This document shows, piece after piece, positions 57,965-64,000 of a DNA stretch of 64,000 bases. The translations under genes were made by a program, and so were the position numbers. Within the stretch, counting starts at the first letter, position 1, and the number at the start of each line of letters is the position of its first letter. Source of the DNA: Phycisphaerae bacterium (GTDB lineage Bacteria; Planctomycetota; Phycisphaerae; UBA1845; Fen-1342); contig JASFQK010000019.1 of NCBI GenBank assembly GCA_050115495.1, positions 1 to 64,000 of the forward strand, given 5' to 3'. The notes below the pieces were generated by a model. That model did no database searches and was not told the DNA's origin. It was given only the letters and a program-made list of their open reading frames with translations.

Positions 57965-58795
57965 CTAGACAGCAGGCTTCCACTGCGGCCCCATCACCAG
58001 CAGTGGATTGGGCAGCGTGGACTGGACCTTCTCCAGGTTGCTGCCGAAGACCAGTTCCTGAATCAGCCGGTGGCCGGCGGCGCCGATCACGACCAGCGCA
58101 TCGTGCGGCACGGCCCACAGATTCTCTTCGAGCGTCCCATGTTCGAATTGCGTCCAGTGCACGTCGGGGCCGCCCACGCGGTCGGCGAGGCCGGCGTCCG
58201 CCAGCGACTTCTCGCACTCGGCCCGCGTTGTACCGTGCAACTGCGTGAAGACCGTGCACGGCACCCTGGCTTGGTCGGCGACGGACAGCGCCAGCTTGAT
58301 CGCGTTCGCTCCCAGCGGCGACCCGCCGAAGAACGCGGCCACGCTCTTCCACCGCTTGCAGGTCATGCTCGGAATCAGCACTGGGAACGGCGCATGCTTC
58401 ACAATGCTGCGCACCTTGGGCCCAATGTGCCCCAGCCCGATGCGCCCGGACTGCGCACTAACCACGCGCGGACAGCCCATGAACTGGAAGTCCGGCGGCA
58501 GCTCCGGCAGATCCCGGGCGGCGCACACCGCCGGCGTCACGAACTCGTATTTCACTCCCGTACCGTCGAGCACCTCTGCGGCGTGAGCGCGGGCTGTATC
58601 GGGACTGAACAGATACGACTGGTCCAGAAACACGATGACCTCGGTGGTCCCGAACCGCAGATTGAAGCGCGGGTGCATGGGAACGTAGACCGCCAGTGAC
58701 AGCCCGGTATGCTGCTGGCAGAAGTACGCCGACTGCAGGAGCGTCTCCCGCCCGAACGGGGTGTTCCGAAAAACATGAAGCATCTGATTCAGCAT
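57965..58795 (-). CDS. Universal stress protein-like (two-domain)
   Basis: IGPKVRSIVKHAPFPVLI and LVVIGAAGH....LVFGS..EKV....PNPLLV. Confidence 0.85.
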   Translation of the reverse strand: MLNQMLHVFRNTPFGRETLLQSAYFCQQHTGLSLAVYVPMHPRFNLRFGTTEVIVFLDQSYLFSPDTARAHAAEVLDGTGVKYEFVTPAVCAARDLPELPPDFQFMGCPRVVSAQSGRIGLGHIGPKVRSIVKHAPFPVLIPSMTCKRWKSVAAFFGGSPLGANAIKLALSVADQARVPCTVFTQLHGTTRAECEKSLADAGLADRVGGPDVHWTQFEHGTLEENLWAVPHDALVVIGAAGHRLIQELVFGSNLEKVQSTLPNPLLVMGPQWKPAV

Positions 58796-59108
58796 CGCAG
58801 CTCCCTGCATAAGCGTGGAACTTGTGGATCGGCGCGGGCTGCGCGCGCCGAACTCCGCCCGGCGTGAGCGGGTCGAAGCCGCCGTACATGGCGAGCCACC
58901 AACCTAGTATAGCTGCGGCCCGTGGGCGCGCCACGTTCGTCACGCCGCGGGCCCGGGCGCGACGCCGGTGCCGTGCTGGCCGCCCGGCGCCCGTGTGGGT
59001 ACCCTGTTAGACCGCACGATCGGGTCCGACGTTGTGGACGAAATCGTCGGAATGGATCGGCGGCGAGCGTATCCGCGCCCCACTGAGCTTTGCCTGACCA
59101 GACCCCTG

Positions 59109-61220
59109 ATGCGTACTGCCCGGATCGGCACATTCCGACTGCCGCGATCAGCAACCCACTGGGCGCGCATGTTCGCACTGGCCGCCCTGGTCGGCATCGG
59201 CGGCGGAGCGGCGGCGGCGGGGCTCGAATGGGGGCTGCACCACGGCTCGGAGCTGCTGGTCGGGCGGTTCACCTATCTCGGCGGCCCCGGGACCTTCCAT
59301 TTCGAGTGGGGCGTCCTGCTGCTGCCGGCGGCGGGCGGACTGCTGTCCGGCTTGGTCGTACTTTGCCTCTGCCCGGGCGCGAAAGGCCACGGCACCGACG
59401 TCGTGACGCGGGCCTTCCACCGCAACCTGGGGGCCCTGCCGCTGCGAGCGCCGCTCGTGAAGGCGGCGGCCTCGGTGGGCGTCATTTCGTGCGGTGGATC
59501 CGCGGGCCCGGAAGGACCGATCGCAGCCCTCGGCGCCGCGCTGGGATCGACGGTCGGCCACCTCTTCGGCGTCACGCCTCGCGAACGGCGCCTGCTGCTG
59601 GTCGCCGGCTGCGCCGCGGGCATCGGCGCGATCTTCCGGTGTCCGCTCGGCGGTGCGTTATTCGCCGCCGCGATCCTCTATCGCGAGCCGGAATTCGAGT
59701 CGGAAGCCATCGTCCCTGGCTTCATCGCCTCGGTCGTCGGGTACTCGACGTTCATGGCCTTCCAGGGCTTCGGTACGCACCTGCTGCCGGATGCGGACCG
59801 GCTCGCCTTCGCCACACCCGTCGAGCTGGCTCCGTACGCCCTGCTCGGCCTGGCCTGCGGCGGACTGAGCATCTTCTTCTACATGTGCTTCCGCGGCGTG
59901 GAGCGACTGGTGCCGCTGTCGCGGCTGCCGGTCTGGCTGGCACCGGCTGTCGGCGGACTGGCGACGGGGGCACTGGCCTGCGTGCTGCCGCAGATCATGG
60001 ACGGCCGCTACCTGTTCGTCCGCAACGCCATGGACGGCTCTCTGTTCAGCGCGGGCCCGACGCACGATTGGTGGTGGTGGGCGCGCTTGTTCGCGGCCGT
60101 GGCCCTGTTCAAGTGCATGGCGACGGCATTCACCGTGGGCAGCGGTGCTTCCGGCGGCATGCTGGGACCGGGTGTGTTCATCGGGGGCGTGGTGGGCGCT
60201 TGCGTCGGCGCAGCTCTCGAGGCGCTGTACCCGGGCACGTTTCCCGAGTCGCTGCGCAAGTCGCTCATTCCGGTCGGGATGGGCGGCGTGCTGGCGGCCA
60301 GCATGCGCACGCCGCTGGCCGCGATCGTCATGGCCACCGAGATGGCCGGCAGCTACGGGCTGATCGTGCCGTCGATGCTGGTGTGCATCGTCGCCTACGT
60401 GATCGGCCGGCGATGGGGACTGAATCGCGAGCAGGTGCGCAGCGTGACCGAGTCTCCGGCACACGCCAGCGACGCCATCGTGCACGTGCTCGAATCACGC
60501 AGCGTGACCAGCGCGATGGAGAAGCACTGGTCGCTCGTCGTGCCGCCCAATGCCACGCTGAGCGAGATGGTCCGGCGGATGCTGCCCGGAACGCGGCCGG
60601 TCTTCGCCGTCGTGCGCGACCGGCGGCTGGAGGGCCTGATCCGCGTCCCCGATCTCGACCGCTTCATGCGTGAGCCCAACCTCGGCGAAGCCGTCATCGC
60701 CGCCGACATGATGGCCCCCGCACGAACGGCCGTGCACCCGGACGACGATCTGTATCACGCGATGCACGTCTTTCGCCGACATCCGTTCGACGTGATCCCC
60801 GTCGTGTCGCGGGATAACCAGAGCCAGTGGCTCGGCATGCTCTCGCGGCAGCGGGTTTTCGAGATCGTCGAGCGACACATCAACGATCTGTATCGCTCGG
60901 CGCTGGCGGAGCACAGCGGACTGGCCGCCATCGAACAGGAAGGGCAGCTCGCGCAACTGCTCATGGGCCTGCAAGCGGCACCGCGCGATCGCATCCAGCG
61001 GCTGCCCGTGCCGCCCGAGGTGGTCGGGCAGTCGTTGCGACAGGCCGATTTCGCCCAGCGCTTCGGCGCCCAGGTCATCGCCATCGAGAACCCCGATGGA
61101 GCCGTGCGCTCGCCGCCAGACCTCGATGCACCGCTGGCGGGCGACCAGACGCTGGTGGCCATCGTGCGGGATTCGGCCGAACCGGCGGAGGTCGAGCCTT
61201 CGCTGCAGCCCCCGCAGTGA
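59109..61220 (+). CDS. ClC-family chloride channel/transporter with CBS pair and TrkA_C-like domain
   Basis: GHGTD, GSAGPEGP, FRCPLGGALF, GASGGMLGP, multiple TM segments, CBS-like repeats, C-terminal VGQSLRQ..F..RFGAQVIAI. Confidence 0.92.
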   Translation: MRTARIGTFRLPRSATHWARMFALAALVGIGGGAAAAGLEWGLHHGSELLVGRFTYLGGPGTFHFEWGVLLLPAAGGLLSGLVVLCLCPGAKGHGTDVVTRAFHRNLGALPLRAPLVKAAASVGVISCGGSAGPEGPIAALGAALGSTVGHLFGVTPRERRLLLVAGCAAGIGAIFRCPLGGALFAAAILYREPEFESEAIVPGFIASVVGYSTFMAFQGFGTHLLPDADRLAFATPVELAPYALLGLACGGLSIFFYMCFRGVERLVPLSRLPVWLAPAVGGLATGALACVLPQIMDGRYLFVRNAMDGSLFSAGPTHDWWWWARLFAAVALFKCMATAFTVGSGASGGMLGPGVFIGGVVGACVGAALEALYPGTFPESLRKSLIPVGMGGVLAASMRTPLAAIVMATEMAGSYGLIVPSMLVCIVAYVIGRRWGLNREQVRSVTESPAHASDAIVHVLESRSVTSAMEKHWSLVVPPNATLSEMVRRMLPGTRPVFAVVRDRRLEGLIRVPDLDRFMREPNLGEAVIAADMMAPARTAVHPDDDLYHAMHVFRRHPFDVIPVVSRDNQSQWLGMLSRQRVFEIVERHINDLYRSALAEHSGLAAIEQEGQLAQLLMGLQAAPRDRIQRLPVPPEVVGQSLRQADFAQRFGAQVIAIENPDGAVRSPPDLDAPLAGDQTLVAIVRDSAEPAEVEPSLQPPQ

Positions 61221-61899
61221 AGACATCAGATCTAAACCCTTGTCAGCAAAGCACTTAGCGGCAGCTCGCACGGGCGTCGATCGCGGCGTTTTGCGCAGCT
61301 CACCCGCGCTGACCGTGCCACCCGGGCACATTTTCGCGTTTTGTTGCCAATTATGGCGCATATTTTTGTGAATCTGCGGTGTCGCTCGACGCCGCCAGCT
61401 CGAGTGGAAGTGGAGCGGCCCGTGGCAGGTATCGAGAACCCGCGCCGGTGGCCGGGGCGAGTGAGGGCATTGCACCACCGGCGCCAGGCCGGGGAGGCGG
61501 GTCGCGATCGCTTGCAACCGCGGGCTGCCCGGACGGCGACCGTGCGTTTTCGTGCAAATTCCCGCGGCGCCGATGTCTTTCGGGCACTACCGCCCGTGGT
61601 CAACTCAGGCGGTTTAGCACCTGCTGTCCCACGGGGCCGCTACCGCGGTGCGCGCCGAGACTAGAGGGATTGGCAGAGTGAATGGACACACGGGCGCGTG
61701 GCCAGACCCCTCCGGCGGATGCTCGCTGGACGGACTGGGTCCCGGTGCGCTAAAATACGCACTGGGCGCCGGGGGGGCCGGGCAACACGCGCTCATGCTA
61801 TGATGGAGGACGGAAAAAAGCTTCCGCGCGCTCGCGGAAGCATTGCCCTAGTCGCCGCCCGGGGCAGACGGCAATGCAGTATCGGAAGGCGGGTGTTGC

Positions 61900-62529
61900 G
61901 TGACTCCTCAGGAACTGCAGGCAGCGCTGCTGCGACGTGCCGAGTCTCTGCATTACTACATCGAAAGCAGAATCCCGAAGCGGTACCGCAGCATCGTCAG
62001 TCCCGAGGATGTGCTCCAGGAAGTCTGGATCACGGCATACCAGACGTTCTCCGGAGACATCCGGGATGTCGATCGCTGGCTGACTACCGTTGCGAATTCC
62101 AAGGTCATTGATGCGCTGCGTACCGTTCTGGCGGTCAAACGCGGCGGCGGGCGGGCGGAGATATCGGAGCGCCCTGGCCGCACCTCGTCTTCAGACAGCC
62201 TCTTCGCTCGCGTGCACGGCGACGCCCTGACGCCCAGCCGCGACGTATCGACCCAGGAGGCACGCCACGCCGTGCAGGTGGCCCTGGCCAGCCTGCCGCA
62301 CGATGCGCGTCGTGCCGTGCAACTGCGATACATCGAAGGACTGTCGCACCAGGCCATCGCCAAGCTCATGCGCCGGAGCAAACCCGCAGTCAACAGCCTC
62401 CTCTTCCGCGGACTCCGGGAGCTGCGGGGGCGAATCGGACAGGCGACACTTTTCTTCAGTGACGCGCGATCATCGGACGAGCCAGGTCAGAACACTGCGA
62501 CCGCCTCTCAACCGGAGGACAGCAGATGA
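61900..62529 (+). CDS. ECF-type RNA polymerase sigma factor
   Basis: EDVLQE, WLTTVA..KVID..R, KRGG, TPSR, region 4 LRYIEGLS..AIA..M.RS..AV..LL.RG. Confidence 0.9.
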   Translation: MTPQELQAALLRRAESLHYYIESRIPKRYRSIVSPEDVLQEVWITAYQTFSGDIRDVDRWLTTVANSKVIDALRTVLAVKRGGGRAEISERPGRTSSSDSLFARVHGDALTPSRDVSTQEARHAVQVALASLPHDARRAVQLRYIEGLSHQAIAKLMRRSKPAVNSLLFRGLRELRGRIGQATLFFSDARSSDEPGQNTATASQPEDSR

Positions 62530-64000
62530 GACGCGACGGACCAGGCAACACCGCCACCTGTCATCACAGGCTCGACGCGGCTGAACCCCAGGTCGACCGT
62601 GCCGCCCGGCGTGATGTGGCCGGGAGGCCGCCGAGCGTCAAGCGACGCCTCCAGCAACGCCGCGAGCGCCCGCTCGAGGTGACCAGCGGCTTGCAAGCCC
62701 TCCGCGCCATTCAGGCCGCCCAGCGTGAAGCCGCCCGGCGAGCCCACGCGCTGGGCAGCGCCGTCCGACCGGCCGCGGACAACAGCCGGGAAGACCTGGC
62801 CTTTCTCCGGGCAGCGCTGACCGACTACGCGATTCTCGAGCCGATCCGCTACGGTGGGCAGGGCGCCGTCTATCGTGCCCGGCACCTGCTGACCAAGCGC
62901 GTGGTCGCCATCAAGATCCTGCGCGACGGCCCCCTGGCCACGGACCGCCAGCGGGCCCGCTTCGAACGCGAGGCGGAGCTCACGTCGCGTCTGCAGCACC
63001 CCAACATCGTCACGCTGTACGAATACGGTTTCTGCCACGGTCGGCCGTTTCTGGCGCTCGAGTGCATCGAGGGGCTACCGATCAACGACTACGTGCTGTT
63101 GAACGATCTGTCGCCCCGGCAGGTCGCCGCCATGTACGTGAAAGTCTGCCGCGCGGTGCACCATGCGCACCAGCACGGCATCATCCACCGCGACCTGAGC
63201 CCGGCCAACATCCTCGTGGACGAGAGCGGGGAGCCCCACATTCTCGACCTGGGCCTGGCCCAGGATACGTGGGCAGACGACGGCTCCAGCAGGATCTCCG
63301 GAATCGGGCAGATCGTCGGCACGCTGCCCTACCTCAGTCCGGAGCAGGTGGATGGGCTCGACAGTCTCGTCGACGTCCGCTCCGACGTGTACGCCCTCGG
63401 CGTCGTGCTGTACGAACTGCTGGTCGGCCGCCTCCCGTACACCGTCACCGGGAGCTGGGCGGCGGCGCGAAACACGATCTCCTCGGTCGAGCCGGTGCCT
63501 CTGCGGCAGGCGCTGAAGCAGGAGTCCCCGGACCGCCTGCCGGATTCGGGCAGCATCAACCGGGACCTGGAGATCGTCCTGCAGAAGGCCCTTGCGAAGA
63601 GTGCCGCCGAACGGTACCAGTCCGCGGCCGACCTCGCCGACGACGTGCAGCGTTATGCCGCTGGCGAAGCTGTGTCCGCGCGGGCCGGCCATCACCTGTA
63701 CATGCTCCGCAAGTCTCTCCGCCGCTATCGCGTCGCGGTCTTCGTGGTGTGCAGTCTGACGCTGGTGCTCATGGTGTCGAGCGCGGCGATCTGGCATGCC
63801 TGGCTGGTCGCCGTGGCGCAGCGTGATCGGGCACGCGAGGCAACCAGCGTCGCCTACAACCTGTTCGAGCACGCCCTCGAGGCGGATACGAACATGGGTC
63901 CGCTGGCCGGCAGCACGGCCTTCCGTGATCACCTTCTCGGCAGCCTCTCTCAGGCTGTGCCGCAACTCGCCACGCTGGTCGATGATGAGTCGTTGCGGAT
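62526..64000 (+). CDS. Hanks-type Ser/Thr protein kinase, membrane-anchored, truncated by the window edge
   Basis: ATGA overlap with the sigma gene. Manual translation gives YGGQGAVY, VAIK, RFERE, HPNIV, HRDLSPAN, DLG, GTLPYLSPEQ, SDVYALG, then a hydrophobic segment. Absent from the ORF track because no stop lies in the window. Confidence 0.9.
   Translation, partial: MRRDGPGNTATCHHRLDAAEPQVDRAARRDVAGRPPSVKRRLQQRRERPLEVTSGLQALRAIQAAQREAARRAHALGSAVRPAADNSREDLAFLRAALTDYAILEPIRYGGQGAVYRARHLLTKRVVAIKILRDGPLATDRQRARFEREAELTSRLQHPNIVTLYEYGFCHGRPFLALECIEGLPINDYVLLNDLSPRQVAAMYVKVCRAVHHAHQHGIIHRDLSPANILVDESGEPHILDLGLAQDTWADDGSSRISGIGQIVGTLPYLSPEQVDGLDSLVDVRSDVYALGVVLYELLVGRLPYTVTGSWAAARNTISSVEPVPLRQALKQESPDRLPDSGSINRDLEIVLQKALAKSAAERYQSAADLADDVQRYAAGEAVSARAGHHLYMLRKSLRRYRVAVFVVCSLTLVLMVSSAAIWHAWLVAVAQRDRAREATSVAYNLFEHALEADTNMGPLAGSTAFRDHLLGSLSQAVPQLATLVDDESLR

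Noticed and set aside
61231..61259. Imperfect palindrome CTAA...TTAG (and a loosely similar one near 13707) as a dif/Xer-like site
   Set aside because: Weak match, no recombinase context, and too little similarity between the two copies.

Overview
High-GC bacterial window. The gene content points to Planctomycetota, probably Phycisphaerae: a DUF1549/DUF1553-DUF1501-PPC cluster, dockerin-like NFDI tails, Zn-ribbon membrane proteins and an ECF sigma/Ser-Thr kinase pair (inference, no database search was possible). It holds about 50 CDS, one tRNA-Leu(CAA), the end of a probable IS630-type element at the left edge, and GTAG-type REP repeats. Housekeeping genes include a MalK-type ATPase, P5C dehydrogenase, DAHP synthase, an SDR, a CoA-disulfide reductase-like enzyme, ClC and USP. 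Secreted proteins include two gingipain-like C25 proteases, a BNR propeller protein and an aryl-sulfate sulfotransferase. The top candidate for an undescribed system is 46924-52821. It is a translationally coupled array of five paralogous lipoproteins with a near-invariant C-terminus (LRQQVRDFxEWL[KQ]GQGVI), hypervariable loops and, in three copies, a PxYPT leader. A radical SAM/SPASM enzyme follows directly, suggesting enzymatic maturation of a diversified lipoprotein family. Other notable signals: a tandem pair of putative anti-Shine-Dalgarno sRNA genes with duplicated promoters and covarying terminators (2315-2571), and three CpxR-type boxes around a CpxRA-like two-component system. Start codons were re-chosen from RBS and overlap evidence and can differ from the ORF track.
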